Origin: Candidatus Uhrbacteria bacterium
GTDB lineage: Bacteria; Patescibacteriota; Patescibacteriia; UBA9934
Direction: 5' to 3'
Length of the DNA stretch: 64,000 nucleotides
Assembly: GCA_903848275.1 (NCBI GenBank)
Contig: CAINGB010000001.1
Location: forward strand, 1,175 to 65,174
The notes below the pieces were generated by a model. It had not been told where the DNA came from. It worked only from the letters and a program-made list of their open reading frames with translations, and searched no databases. The position numbers and the translations under genes are program-made. Below are positions 1 to 10,294 of the stretch, piece after piece (the first letter of the stretch is position 1; every line of letters starts with the position of its first letter).

Positions 1-304
1 ATAACCGTATCAACGAACCCCAAATAATAAGCGGAAGCATAATAGCCTGACCTAGGACATTCTCAAAACCAACCATTAACTGCTGACTCCTCGTACAAGT
101 ATAAGCGCCTTGTTGTCTAAATCCTTCCGACACACAACTGTAAGCCACGCCAGTTTTTACACCCTGCACCGTAAAACCCTTGCCATCAGGCTGCTCATTC
201 TTAAAACCATCTATGTTATGTAACGCCAGAGCAAACCACAGCAAGAAAACACTAGCCGTAACCACACACGCTATTAAAATTACGGTTAGTATTTCTTTTT
301 TCAT
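1..304 (-). CDS. Hypothetical membrane protein, truncated by the window edge
   Basis: ATG at 304 (MKKEILTVILIACVVTASVFLLWF...), open to position 1; hydrophobic N-terminus. Confidence 0.5.
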   Translation of the reverse strand, partial: MKKEILTVILIACVVTASVFLLWFALALHNIDGFKNEQPDGKGFTVQGVKTGVAYSCVSEGFRQQGAYTCTRSQQLMVGFENVLGQAIMLPLIIWGSLIRL

Positions 305-314
305 AAACAAATTA

Positions 315-860
315 TTAATCATCTCTGGCTGCTTTGCGCATTCTGTACAACCTTTCAGTAAAACCTCCTTCCGTTAAAAATGCTTTTTCAAGCGCTTTCA
401 ACTGTTGATCAAGTAAATAGCTAGCCTGGTGAATAACGCAAATTATAGCATTCGCAGCAGTCTCTGGCTTCTCTAAATATGACTGATAAGTCGAATAAGA
501 CCTATTCTCTACGTAAGCTAATCCACGTACAGCCTGAGCCTCTGGATTATCCTTACCCCATAGTAACAAGTGCCGCTGTCGTAAATAATCTTCGTAATCT
601 ATTAATAATTCCTCAAGACTGGCGCGAGCTACATTAACCAACTTAATTTCTGTCTTCTTAGAGGTTCCTGATGCCTGACAACCTTCCGCGATATTTTGTC
701 TACCTGAACGAGCAGCCTGAATCATCTGATCACGCATTCGATAATCTTTAACGAACTTATTGCAGAATTCGAAAGTAAAATCATAAACTAACGTAGTTGT
801 TTGATAGGATTTTAAAGTCCTATAACCACCATGCTTCTGAATAAGTCCTTCATCTAACAT
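315..860 (-). CDS. Four-helix-bundle protein (23S rRNA IVS/Avd-like family) with suffix domain
   Basis: Motifs GGYRTLKSY, DQMIQAARSGRQNIAEG, ARASLEELLIDYED, EGGFTERLY. Confidence 0.85.
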   Translation of the reverse strand: MLDEGLIQKHGGYRTLKSYQTTTLVYDFTFEFCNKFVKDYRMRDQMIQAARSGRQNIAEGCQASGTSKKTEIKLVNVARASLEELLIDYEDYLRQRHLLLWGKDNPEAQAVRGLAYVENRSYSTYQSYLEKPETAANAIICVIHQASYLLDQQLKALEKAFLTEGGFTERLYRMRKAARDD

Positions 861-890
861 AGGTCCAATCGGTCCTACAAGTCACATAAA

Positions 891-3674
891 TTAAACCCCA
901 TGACACTTCTTGAACTTCTTACCACTGCCACACGGACAGGCATCATTCCTATGAGTCTTGCTAAAGTCAACAGACTCACCCGGCGCTACCGCGACCTCAT
1001 TCGTCCTACTGGTCTCATAGGTAGTATTCACTGTTGACCCATTAGAGCCCTTATCAGCGGAAGACATTTGCATCCCACGAATTAATTGCGGCGCTAATTC
1101 CAGCATCTTTTTAGCCGCCACCGCTTGGTCAAAGAGCTTAAAGAGATTGTAAGCCACGTCGTGTTGCACTTCGTCCTGCATGGTGCCGAACAAACGGAAC
1201 GACTCGTGCTTGTACTCAACCAGCGGATCGCGCTGCGCATAGCCTTGCAAACCAATCGTGTGACGCAAGTACGTCATCTCGTCCAAATGACGCATCCAAT
1301 GACTATCCATGGCGCGCAAAAGTACATTGCGCTCAATCTTCTGCACCTGCACTTCGTCGCCAAATGTTGTGACTGCTTCCTGATATTTAGCCTGCAAATA
1401 GCCAAGCATGCGTTCGATCACCGTTGTTCGTTGTCTGGCCAATTCCTCCTTATCCAAACTCAAGTTTGGCAAAGTCGTAGTAATCGCTGACTTTGTTTCC
1501 TCATCGAGCGGCACAATCGTATTGAGAGTTTCGATGATTTCTTTTACATCCCAATCACCCTTCACCATTTCGTTGCCTGCCACGTCGTTCGCGAACGACG
1601 TGGGCACATTCACGCGTTCACCAGTATGCGCCAACACCACGTGTTCTAATTCACGTTCAATCGTCGCCATCACATCAGCATGAGCCACTGTCACATCCTC
1701 TTGCAAAATCTTGCGACGGCGACCATAAGCCGACAGACGGTGCTTATTCAACACGTCGTCGTATTCCAAAACGTGCTTACGAGTATCGTAGTTGTTGCCT
1801 TCTACCCGCTTTTGCGCCCCTTCAAGTGAACGCGTAATCATCTTGCTCTCAATCGGTGTTGAGTCATCAAAGCCGAGCGTATCCATCATACTCTTCACGC
1901 GACTGCTGCCAAAAATACGCATCAAATCATCGTCTAAGGAAACGTAGAACTGCGTCATGCCAGGGTCACCCTGACGAGCCGCACGACCACGCAACTGGTT
2001 ATCAATGCGACGTGACTCATGACGTTCTGTGCCCAGCACAAAGAGGCCACCAAGCGCGCGGACTTCTTCTGCCTCGGCTGGATTTGGTGGGTTGCCGCCC
2101 AAAATAATGTCGACACCACGGCCGGCCATGTTAGTCGCCACCGTTACTGCGCCTTTACGGCCAGCTTGAGCAATAATCTCACCTTCACGTTCGTGGTTCT
2201 TAGCATTTAACACTTCATAACGCACACCAGCCAAACGTAGCAACTCACTCAAGCGCTCATTCTTCTCCACAGAAATCGTACCAATCAGCACTGGCTGACC
2301 ACGTTCCTGCAAAGCCTTAACTTCCTGCACCAAAGCCAAGAACTTACCATTTTCCGTTTTATAAATACGGTCTGGTGCATCCTTACGCAAGTTAATTTTG
2401 TTCGTTGGAATCTCGACAACTTCCAAATTATAAGTCTTCGCTAATTCTTCCGCCTCAGTCGCCGCGGTACCCGTCATACCACCCAACTTCTTATAAAGAC
2501 GGAAATAATTCTGGTACGTAATTGTCGCCAACGTACGGCTCTCGCGTTGAATCTTCACATTTTCCTTGGCTTCAATCGCCTGGTGTAAACCTTCACTATA
2601 ACGGCGACCCTCCATTACGCGGCCAGTAAACTCGTCCACAATCATCACTTCACCATCACGCACAATGTAATCACGATCACGTAAAAATAAAGCGTGAGCC
2701 TTCAACGCTTGATCCGCATGGTGCACGGTACTGAGACCACCTTCGGCATACAAGTTAGCAATACCCAAGGCTTTTTCAATCTGCTGCAAACCAGTTTCTG
2801 TAAACGTCGCCGAACGTAACTTCTCATCGATATTATAGTCCTCATTAAGCTGCAAGTGCTTAACGATATCGGCAAAGCGATAATAAGTATCCGCCGACTC
2901 CTCAGCTGGCGCACTAATAATCAACGGCGTCCTGGCCTCATCAATCAAAATGCTATCAACCTCGTCGACAATAGCGTAATGCAATTCTCGTTGCACCATG
3001 TGGCTCGCTTCCTGCGCCATGTTATCGCGCAAATAGTCAAAACCGTATTCATTGTTCGTGCCGTAAGTAATATCCGTGGCATAGGCTGCCTGTCGACTGT
3101 CTGGGCGCAAAAAGTCCATTTCCACCCGGAAGGACGACGTCGTAACCGCGCCATCTTCAGGCACTGGCACCTTGTACTCAGCATCAAACACATAGCCACA
3201 CTCATGCTGGATGCAGCCAACTGTTAAGCCCAAGAAAGTAAAAACCTTGCCCATCCACACGGCGTCACGCTTAGCCAAGTAATCGTTAACCGTCACGGCG
3301 TGTACACCTTTGCCAGCGAGTGCATTCAAATAAATCGGCGCAGTGCTCGTCAACGTCTTACCTTCACCAGTGCGCATTTCCGCAATCATGCCACGATGCA
3401 AAGCCAAGCCACCCATCATCTGCACATCATAATGACGCTGACCGATGCTCCGTTTGGCTGCTTCACGCACCACCGCAAAAGCCTCAAAAGCAATATCGTC
3501 AAGCGTGGACCCCGCCGCCAATCTCTCTTTAAATTCTACCGTCTTGCCCTTTAACTGTTCATCAGTCAAAACTGAAATCATTGGCTCAAAAGCCAAGATC
3601 TTAGCAGCATCAGCTTGCAAACTTTTCACCAGCTTAGCATTTGGGTCACCAAAAATCTTATTCAACAAGGACAT
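891..3674 (-). CDS. secA: Preprotein translocase ATPase SecA
   Basis: MRTGEGKT, DEVDSILIDEARTPLIIS, TNMAGRGVDI, C-terminal CPCGSGKKFKKCH; probable start MSLLNKIFG at 3674. Confidence 0.98.
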   Translation of the reverse strand: MSLLNKIFGDPNAKLVKSLQADAAKILAFEPMISVLTDEQLKGKTVEFKERLAAGSTLDDIAFEAFAVVREAAKRSIGQRHYDVQMMGGLALHRGMIAEMRTGEGKTLTSTAPIYLNALAGKGVHAVTVNDYLAKRDAVWMGKVFTFLGLTVGCIQHECGYVFDAEYKVPVPEDGAVTTSSFRVEMDFLRPDSRQAAYATDITYGTNNEYGFDYLRDNMAQEASHMVQRELHYAIVDEVDSILIDEARTPLIISAPAEESADTYYRFADIVKHLQLNEDYNIDEKLRSATFTETGLQQIEKALGIANLYAEGGLSTVHHADQALKAHALFLRDRDYIVRDGEVMIVDEFTGRVMEGRRYSEGLHQAIEAKENVKIQRESRTLATITYQNYFRLYKKLGGMTGTAATEAEELAKTYNLEVVEIPTNKINLRKDAPDRIYKTENGKFLALVQEVKALQERGQPVLIGTISVEKNERLSELLRLAGVRYEVLNAKNHEREGEIIAQAGRKGAVTVATNMAGRGVDIILGGNPPNPAEAEEVRALGGLFVLGTERHESRRIDNQLRGRAARQGDPGMTQFYVSLDDDLMRIFGSSRVKSMMDTLGFDDSTPIESKMITRSLEGAQKRVEGNNYDTRKHVLEYDDVLNKHRLSAYGRRRKILQEDVTVAHADVMATIERELEHVVLAHTGERVNVPTSFANDVAGNEMVKGDWDVKEIIETLNTIVPLDEETKSAITTTLPNLSLDKEELARQRTTVIERMLGYLQAKYQEAVTTFGDEVQVQKIERNVLLRAMDSHWMRHLDEMTYLRHTIGLQGYAQRDPLVEYKHESFRLFGTMQDEVQHDVAYNLFKLFDQAVAAKKMLELAPQLIRGMQMSSADKGSNGSTVNTTYETSRTNEVAVAPGESVDFSKTHRNDACPCGSGKKFKKCHGV

Positions 3675-3743
3675 AGGCAAACATACGATTATGCCCCCAA
3701 GTTTGCCTGAAAAACCCTTTTTCCACAAGAGCAAAAACTGGCT

Positions 3744-5027
3744 TTATACCACCAGTTTTCTAGCCACACTATCAATATCCCCTGCGCCCATGATCAATAC
3801 TACGTCGCCTGGCTGAACCAAATCACGTACTTGCTGTTCTGCTTCTACCAGATCCTTAGCGTAACTCATAGGCCTATCATGACCTAATCGGCGCTCAACC
3901 GCGGCCAACAAATCACAACTCGAAACCGTCGCATCATCTGTCCGTCCTGTCACGCCATAAATCTCGACCAAGATTAAAGCATCGGCCAAATCAAAAGAAC
4001 TCACGAACTCCTCGAATAATTCTCTCGTTCGGTTATGTTGATGTGGCTGGAAACACAAAACGATTCTTCGGCTAGCATAAAATTTCTTCGCCCCTTCCAA
4101 CGTTCCCTTAATCGCTGTTGGATGATGACCGTAATCAGAAACAACTGTGACTCCATTTAATTCACCAACTACTTCGAATCTCCTCCAAATCCCGCGATAG
4201 TTCTCTAATGACTTCTTAATCATCTCATCGCTTACACCGAATTCACGAGCAACTACTCGCGCCGCCGCCGCATTCGCCCGATTAAATTCACCCGGTACCA
4301 ACAACTCATAACCAATCACATCGTTCACGCCATATTGCTCAATGGTCGAGCCAATAAGTCGCTTCGAGTTCGCATCGTCCACATTAACAAACACGCTCTT
4401 GCCTGTCTGCTCCACCAACTGCTGAAACGTCGCCACAATGTGATCCAGGTCTCTATACACATCTAGGTGATCTTCTTCAATGTTAGTAATAACTGTAACT
4501 TCTGGGTGAAGCTGCACCATCTTCTGCTTATACTCATCACCTTCAATAATTAAAATATCGCTCTGGCCAATCCGCAAATTACCAAGCTCCCAACCGGGCA
4601 CGAGACTACCAACAAAAACCGTCGGATCCAGCCCAGCGTCGACAAATATCTGACCCGTCATGGCCGTCGTAGTACTCTTACCATTTGTACCAGTTACGCA
4701 GATAGTTCGATACTGCTTCGATAACTCTCCTAACCAACCAAAATGACCAAGCTGTTCAATTCCCCGCTTAGTCGCCTCGATTCTTTCGATATTATCCAAA
4801 CCAGCCGCTTCAGTGAAGACCACGAGATCACAATCCTCTGGGATATTACTCGCCTCATGCCCAATCCTTATTGCCGCGCCTCTCTTAATTAAATCATCGG
4901 TTATCGCCGACTGCGTACTATCGGACCCGCTGACAGTCTTGCCCTGCGCCAACAAAAACTTACCGACGGCACTGATACCAATGCCGCCAGCCCCAATTAA
5001 ATGAACGTGCTTCACACTATCCAGCAT
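3744..5027 (-). CDS. murC: UDP-N-acetylmuramate--L-alanine ligase
   Basis: GAGGIGIS, GTNGKSTT, EGDEY, DHLD, DYGHHPT, FQPH, MGAGDI. Confidence 0.93.
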   Translation of the reverse strand: MLDSVKHVHLIGAGGIGISAVGKFLLAQGKTVSGSDSTQSAITDDLIKRGAAIRIGHEASNIPEDCDLVVFTEAAGLDNIERIEATKRGIEQLGHFGWLGELSKQYRTICVTGTNGKSTTTAMTGQIFVDAGLDPTVFVGSLVPGWELGNLRIGQSDILIIEGDEYKQKMVQLHPEVTVITNIEEDHLDVYRDLDHIVATFQQLVEQTGKSVFVNVDDANSKRLIGSTIEQYGVNDVIGYELLVPGEFNRANAAAARVVAREFGVSDEMIKKSLENYRGIWRRFEVVGELNGVTVVSDYGHHPTAIKGTLEGAKKFYASRRIVLCFQPHQHNRTRELFEEFVSSFDLADALILVEIYGVTGRTDDATVSSCDLLAAVERRLGHDRPMSYAKDLVEAEQQVRDLVQPGDVVLIMGAGDIDSVARKLVV

Positions 5028-5028
5028 A

Positions 5029-5346
5029 CTAGCTATGTGCGTCCAACTTTTCCTTATGAGCAATCAACTGACGCTTCAAGTCATCCTTGGCAACATCAAT
5101 CGCGGCATACAAATCCTCCTCAATAGCTTCAGCTCGCAAGGTGACACCGGGGATCGTCATCATAAACTCAGCCCGGAAAATCTTGCCCTTCTGGTGGTGC
5201 TCACTAGTCTTGCCAACCTCAGCCGACACCTCGCATGTACTGTAACGTTCGCAAAATTTTTCCAAGCTCATGAGCTTCTCTTGCACGTAGTTACTAATTG
5301 CCTCAGTCATCTCCATGTGTGTCGCCAAAGTTGATAGAATATTCAT
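5029..5346 (-). CDS. raiA: Ribosome hibernation factor (HPF/RaiA)
   Basis: MEMTEAISNYVQEKL, EEDLYAAID; size 105 aa. Confidence 0.88.
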   Translation of the reverse strand: MNILSTLATHMEMTEAISNYVQEKLMSLEKFCERYSTCEVSAEVGKTSEHHQKGKIFRAEFMMTIPGVTLRAEAIEEDLYAAIDVAKDDLKRQLIAHKEKLDAHS

Positions 5347-5350
5347 ATAT

Positions 5351-7897
5351 TTAGATTCTACCTTTTATTAACATAGGTCGCAAATAGCGCCCAGTGTGAC
5401 TCTCTGGTCGGCGTGCGATATCTTCCGGCGTGCCTGTTGCCACCACATTACCGCCTTGGTCACCACCTTCTGGCCCCATATCGATGATGTAGTCAGCCGT
5501 CTTGATCACGTCCAAGTTATGCTCAATCACAATCATACTATTGCCCTTGTCGACTAAGCGATGCAGCACCTCAAGCAGCTTCCGTACATCATCAAAATGT
5601 AAACCAGTTGTTGGTTCGTCGAGCATATACAACGTCCTGCCAGTCTGACGCTTGCTCAACTCACTCGCCAACTTCACGCGCTGCGCCTCACCACCCGACA
5701 ACGTGGTCGCACTCTGCCCAAGTTTAATATAACTTAAGCCGACCTCATTCAAGGCCTTGAGTTTATCATTCACGTCTGGCAAGTCCGCAAAGAACACCGC
5801 TGCTTCTTCAATCGTCATCTCGAGCACGTCGCTGATGTTCTTCTCCTTGTACGTCACCTCAAGCGTCTCGCGACTAAACCGCTTGCCCTTACAAACCTCA
5901 CACGTCACATACACTGTCGGCAAGAAATGCATTTCAATTTCAATCACCCCGTGACCTTCGCAGTGATCACAGCGTCCACCTGGCACGTTAAAGCTAAAGC
6001 GTCCTGGCTTATAACCACGAAACCTCGCTTCTTCCGTCATCGCAAACAAGTCGCGAATCGGACCCCAAGCGCCAGTATACGTCGCTGGATTACTGCGTGG
6101 CGTCCGACCAATGGCGCCCTGGTCAATTAGAATCGCTTTATCGATATACTCAATACCGAGCACGGTTTTATGCGCTCCAGCATGCTTTTTGCCACCGTAA
6201 AGTTTTTGCGCCACCGCCTTATACATGACGTCATAGGCCAAGCTCGACTTACCGCTGCCAGACACACCAGTGATACAAACAAAACGCCGCAACGGAAAGT
6301 CCACGTCGACATTCTTTAAGTTATGTTCCGTCGCCCCGCGTACCTTAATCGCTCCGCTATCATTGACGCGACGCTTGTCCGGAATCGGAATCATTTCATC
6401 GCCTCGTAAGTAAGCCGCCGTCCGCGACTTCTTATCCGCAAAAATTGCCGGCACCGGTCCAGCCGCCACCACGTAACCACCATGCACACCAGCCCCTGGC
6501 CCAATCTCCACCATGTAATCACTGCGACGAATCGTGTCTTCATCATGCTCGACTACCAACACTGTGTTGCCGAGGTCACGCAAATACTCCAGCGTCTTGA
6601 TCAATTTTTCATTATCACGTTGATGCAAGCCAATCGTCGGTTCATCAAGCACGTACAAAGCCCCGGTCAGTCGTGACCCAATCTGCGAGGCTAAGCGAAT
6701 ACGTTGCGCTTCACCACCCGACAACGTACCGGCTGTTCTGTTCAAAGTTAGATAATGCAAGCCGACGTCGAGTAAGAACGTCAACCTATTCTCAATTTCC
6801 TTCAGTACCATACTGGCAATCTCCCGTTGCCGAGCGTCGAGCCTAACGTTTAAAAAGAACTCGACAGCTTGATCAACCGAGTAACTCACCACGTCGGTGA
6901 TACTCTTGCCATCCACCCACACGAACTGTGCCTCACGCCGCAACCTATCACCATGACAGGTTAAACACAGCTCAGTCGAAAATAAATCGACCGTACCCAA
7001 ACCAGAACACGCTGCACAGGCACCGTACGGGCTGTTAAAACTAAACAAACGTGGCTCGATTTCCGGAAACGAGAACCCACATTTCACGCAGCTGAACTTG
7101 GACGACAGCACTCGTTCGTGATCACTGTAAACAACAATAGCTACACCTTCACCACGTTGTACCGCGGTTTCCAACGCTTCATTCAAACGCTGCGCCATGT
7201 CCTTACTTGGCTGCTTCAAATCGACGGCTGGAACGGTGTCCACCACCAAATCAATAGTATGTGCCGAGTAGCGCGACAAACTAATCTTCTCACTCAAATT
7301 ATGCATCTTGCCGTCAATCCGCACGTTAGCGAAACCGCTATTGTAAAGGTCATAAAGTAACTGGTAATATTCACCTTTACGCCCCTTCACCACTGGCGCC
7401 AAAATCAACACCTCTTCACCAGTCACCAACTTCTTTTTCTTTGTCGCCGCAGCCTTCGCCTCTTGTACATCGCGGACCACAATGTCGGCCATTTCGTCGA
7501 CAGTCAACTTCTCAATCTTCGTCAAACAGTTCGGACAATGCGGTTCACCAATACGCGCAAACAACACACGGAGGTAATCGTAAGTCTCCGTAATCGTAGC
7601 GATAGTCGAACGTGGATTCCGGCCATGTGCCTTTTGGTCAATACTAATAGCTGGCGACAAACCCTCAATCTCGTCGACATCTGGCTTTTGCATGGCCCCC
7701 AAAAACTGTCGCGCGTAAGCAGACAAGGATTCAATGTACCGACGCTGACCTTCCGCAAAGATGGTATCAAACGCTAAGCTCGACTTACCGCTGCCCGACA
7801 AACCGGTAATACACACCAACTGATTACGCGGAATCGTCACGTTGATATTTTTCAAATTGTGCTCCCGCGCTCCCTTAACAACAATATTATTTTGCAT
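5351..7897 (-). CDS. uvrA: Excinuclease ABC subunit A
   Basis: GAREHNLKN, two GxSGSGKSS Walker A motifs, two LSGGEAQR signatures, zinc fingers. Confidence 0.98.
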   Translation of the reverse strand: MQNNIVVKGAREHNLKNINVTIPRNQLVCITGLSGSGKSSLAFDTIFAEGQRRYIESLSAYARQFLGAMQKPDVDEIEGLSPAISIDQKAHGRNPRSTIATITETYDYLRVLFARIGEPHCPNCLTKIEKLTVDEMADIVVRDVQEAKAAATKKKKLVTGEEVLILAPVVKGRKGEYYQLLYDLYNSGFANVRIDGKMHNLSEKISLSRYSAHTIDLVVDTVPAVDLKQPSKDMAQRLNEALETAVQRGEGVAIVVYSDHERVLSSKFSCVKCGFSFPEIEPRLFSFNSPYGACAACSGLGTVDLFSTELCLTCHGDRLRREAQFVWVDGKSITDVVSYSVDQAVEFFLNVRLDARQREIASMVLKEIENRLTFLLDVGLHYLTLNRTAGTLSGGEAQRIRLASQIGSRLTGALYVLDEPTIGLHQRDNEKLIKTLEYLRDLGNTVLVVEHDEDTIRRSDYMVEIGPGAGVHGGYVVAAGPVPAIFADKKSRTAAYLRGDEMIPIPDKRRVNDSGAIKVRGATEHNLKNVDVDFPLRRFVCITGVSGSGKSSLAYDVMYKAVAQKLYGGKKHAGAHKTVLGIEYIDKAILIDQGAIGRTPRSNPATYTGAWGPIRDLFAMTEEARFRGYKPGRFSFNVPGGRCDHCEGHGVIEIEMHFLPTVYVTCEVCKGKRFSRETLEVTYKEKNISDVLEMTIEEAAVFFADLPDVNDKLKALNEVGLSYIKLGQSATTLSGGEAQRVKLASELSKRQTGRTLYMLDEPTTGLHFDDVRKLLEVLHRLVDKGNSMIVIEHNLDVIKTADYIIDMGPEGGDQGGNVVATGTPEDIARRPESHTGRYLRPMLIKGRI

Positions 7898-7950
7898 ATA
7901 CGTACTTTTAAGAAGTGATGACATTGAATTGTGACGACACGAGCACCGGC

Positions 7951-7983
7951 CCTGCCACGTCGGTCGCGACCGACGTGGCCTGC
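7951..7983. repeat. 33-bp palindromic repeat (26-bp perfect palindrome GCCACGTCGGTCGCGACCGACGTGGC), copy 1
   Basis: Identical to 53871-53903. Confidence 0.9.
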
Positions 7984-8048
7984 GCCAGCGCCCGAGTCAT
8001 ACGAGGTGAGACGGCTGGTGCGGTTGACGGCGCGCAGTTAGGAATAAT

Positions 8049-10076
8049 TTAATGTCGTCGCTTCTTTTTCGCAGATCCTTCCTTCTGACCAAGCTCTTGC
8101 TCGAGCACCACAATCTCATCTCTTAACAATCCCGCCGTTTCAAACATCAGGTTGGCGGCAGCGTCCTGCATCTCCCCCTTCTTCTCCGCAATCACCTCCC
8201 GCAATTCTCGTGGCGTGGCCGTCATCTCAATCGACAAAATCATTTTCGTTTCCTCTAATCTCTCCCCCATCAAATCTGCGCGAATGTCACTAATCTTTTT
8301 CTTGATAGTTTCTGGCGTAATGCCATGCTCTTCATTATAAGCCACTTGAATCGCGCGACGTCGGTCAGTTTCCGCAATCGCCTTTTTGAGTGAACCGGTC
8401 ATTACATCCGCATACAAAATAACTTGTCCGTTGACGTTGCGAGCGGCGCGACCAATCGTCTGAATAAGCGACGTGGCCGAGCGCAAGAAGCCTTCTTTGT
8501 CTGCGTCGAGAATGCCAATCAAAGAAACCTCCGGCAAGTCGAGCCCTTCACGCAACAAGTTAACGCCGACAATCACGTCATACAATCCCTTACGCAAATC
8601 TGTGAGAATCGTAATGCGATCGAGCGTCTCGACGTCGGAGTGCAAGTACGCCACCTTAATCTTTTTTTCTTTCAAATACTCAGTCAAATCTTCCGCCATC
8701 TTCTTAGTTAGCGTCGTCACCAAAGCCCGTTCGCCAACGCTTACTCGTTGCTCAATTCGTTCGATAAGATCTGCAATTTGGCCAAGATACTTACCCTTTT
8801 GAATTACCGGCATGACAATCGTTTCCGGGTCAACCAAACCAGTCGGCCGAATAATCTGTTCGACAATCTGATCACTAGTTGCTGCTTCGTACGGCCCCGG
8901 TGTGGCAGAAACGTACACCGTCTGCCCAATCTTTTTTACAAATTCGTCAAACTGTAACGGGCGGTTATCGCGCGCCGACGGCAAACGGAATCCATGCTCG
9001 ACCAGCGTATTCTTACGCGCTTGGTCACCCGCAAACATACCGCCAATCTGCGGCAACGTAACGTGCGACTCATCAATAATCGTCAAAAAATCTTTAGGGA
9101 AATAATCCATCAAGGTATACGGTGCCTCACCAACTTTACGCCCGTCGAAATGACGAGAGTAGTTTTCGATTCCGCTACAGAACCCAATATTACGCATCAT
9201 CTCAATGTCGTACTTAGTGCGGCGCGACAACCGTTCGTACTCCAACAGCTTCCCTTCTTTCTCAAAAATATCCAACTGCTTCTTGAGCTCATTCTCAATA
9301 TCCTTAATTGCCCGTTCGCGCTCCCCTTCCGCCGTCATAAAGTGCTTGGCCGGAAAGATCATCATGTCCCGCAAATTCTCACGACGTTCGCGCGTCACCG
9401 GGTCGAGCAACAAAATCTCGTCTATAATTCCCTTCGTCAAAGTTAAGCGATATAACACCTCTTCGTTCATTGGCATTAATTCCAGCACGTCACCCTGAGC
9501 CCTGAAATGACCGCGCTTCAAATCCGCCGTAGTCCGGGTAAATTGCATCGCGACGAGTCTGCGCAACAATTCGGTTCGTTCAATCTTATCCCGCACCATC
9601 AAACGCATACCACTCTTTTCGTATTCAACCGGCGAACCCAAACCGTAAATACATGACACGGAAGCCACAATAATCACATCCCGACGCGACAGCAAAGCCT
9701 GCGTGGCCGCATGGCGCAAGCGGTCAATCTCTTCGTTGATCTGCGCATCTTTCTCAATGTAAGTATCAGTCCGCGGCAAGTATGCTTCCGGCTGATAATA
9801 ATCGTAATAAGACACAAAATACTCCACCGCGTGATCCGGAAAGAACTCGCGGAACTCCTGACACAACTGCGCCGCCAACGTCTTGTTATGCGCAATCACC
9901 AAGGTCGGGCGCTGTTCCTGCACAATCACATTCGCCATGGTAAACGTCTTACCAGATCCCGTAACACCCAATAATGTTTGACGCTCAAACCCCGCGCGCA
10001 GCCCTTGAACGAGCTCCGCAATGGCCTTGGGCTGATCCCCGGCCGGCTTGTATTCTGACACTAATTTGAAGTCCAT
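8049..10076 (-). CDS. uvrB: Excinuclease ABC subunit B
   Basis: GVTGSGKT, YYDYYQPEAY beta-hairpin, DESH, GRAARN. Confidence 0.98.
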   Translation of the reverse strand: MDFKLVSEYKPAGDQPKAIAELVQGLRAGFERQTLLGVTGSGKTFTMANVIVQEQRPTLVIAHNKTLAAQLCQEFREFFPDHAVEYFVSYYDYYQPEAYLPRTDTYIEKDAQINEEIDRLRHAATQALLSRRDVIIVASVSCIYGLGSPVEYEKSGMRLMVRDKIERTELLRRLVAMQFTRTTADLKRGHFRAQGDVLELMPMNEEVLYRLTLTKGIIDEILLLDPVTRERRENLRDMMIFPAKHFMTAEGERERAIKDIENELKKQLDIFEKEGKLLEYERLSRRTKYDIEMMRNIGFCSGIENYSRHFDGRKVGEAPYTLMDYFPKDFLTIIDESHVTLPQIGGMFAGDQARKNTLVEHGFRLPSARDNRPLQFDEFVKKIGQTVYVSATPGPYEAATSDQIVEQIIRPTGLVDPETIVMPVIQKGKYLGQIADLIERIEQRVSVGERALVTTLTKKMAEDLTEYLKEKKIKVAYLHSDVETLDRITILTDLRKGLYDVIVGVNLLREGLDLPEVSLIGILDADKEGFLRSATSLIQTIGRAARNVNGQVILYADVMTGSLKKAIAETDRRRAIQVAYNEEHGITPETIKKKISDIRADLMGERLEETKMILSIEMTATPRELREVIAEKKGEMQDAAANLMFETAGLLRDEIVVLEQELGQKEGSAKKKRRH

Positions 10077-10246
10077 AACGCAAATATCCGCGAGCACTGG
10101 CTCTACGGGAGGTCACTCTTAATTGTTTCTCTATAATACCGTACAAACAGCGAACAGGCAAGGCCCGGCCTCGACGAGGCCGGGCCTAAAAAGGGCTACT
10201 TATCCACAGCTCGCGTCCGGGACAAAGTTCGTCCAGGACAAATGAA

Positions 10247-10278
10247 GACCCCCACCGCCCGCGAGGACGATGGGGGTC
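10247..10278 (-). terminator. Probable terminator hairpin downstream of the 10295-11497 ORF
   Basis: GACCCCCA...TGGGGGTC inverted repeat. Confidence 0.5.
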
Positions 10279-10294
10279 AGACGACTCGGTACTT

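Noticed and set aside
315-860. Diversity-generating retroelement suggested by the Avd-like gene
   Set aside because: No reverse transcriptase and no TR/VR pair seen in the window
10200-10208. Replication origin suggested by DnaA boxes
   Set aside because: The boxes are isolated (10200, 49740) with no cluster and no dnaA or dnaN nearby
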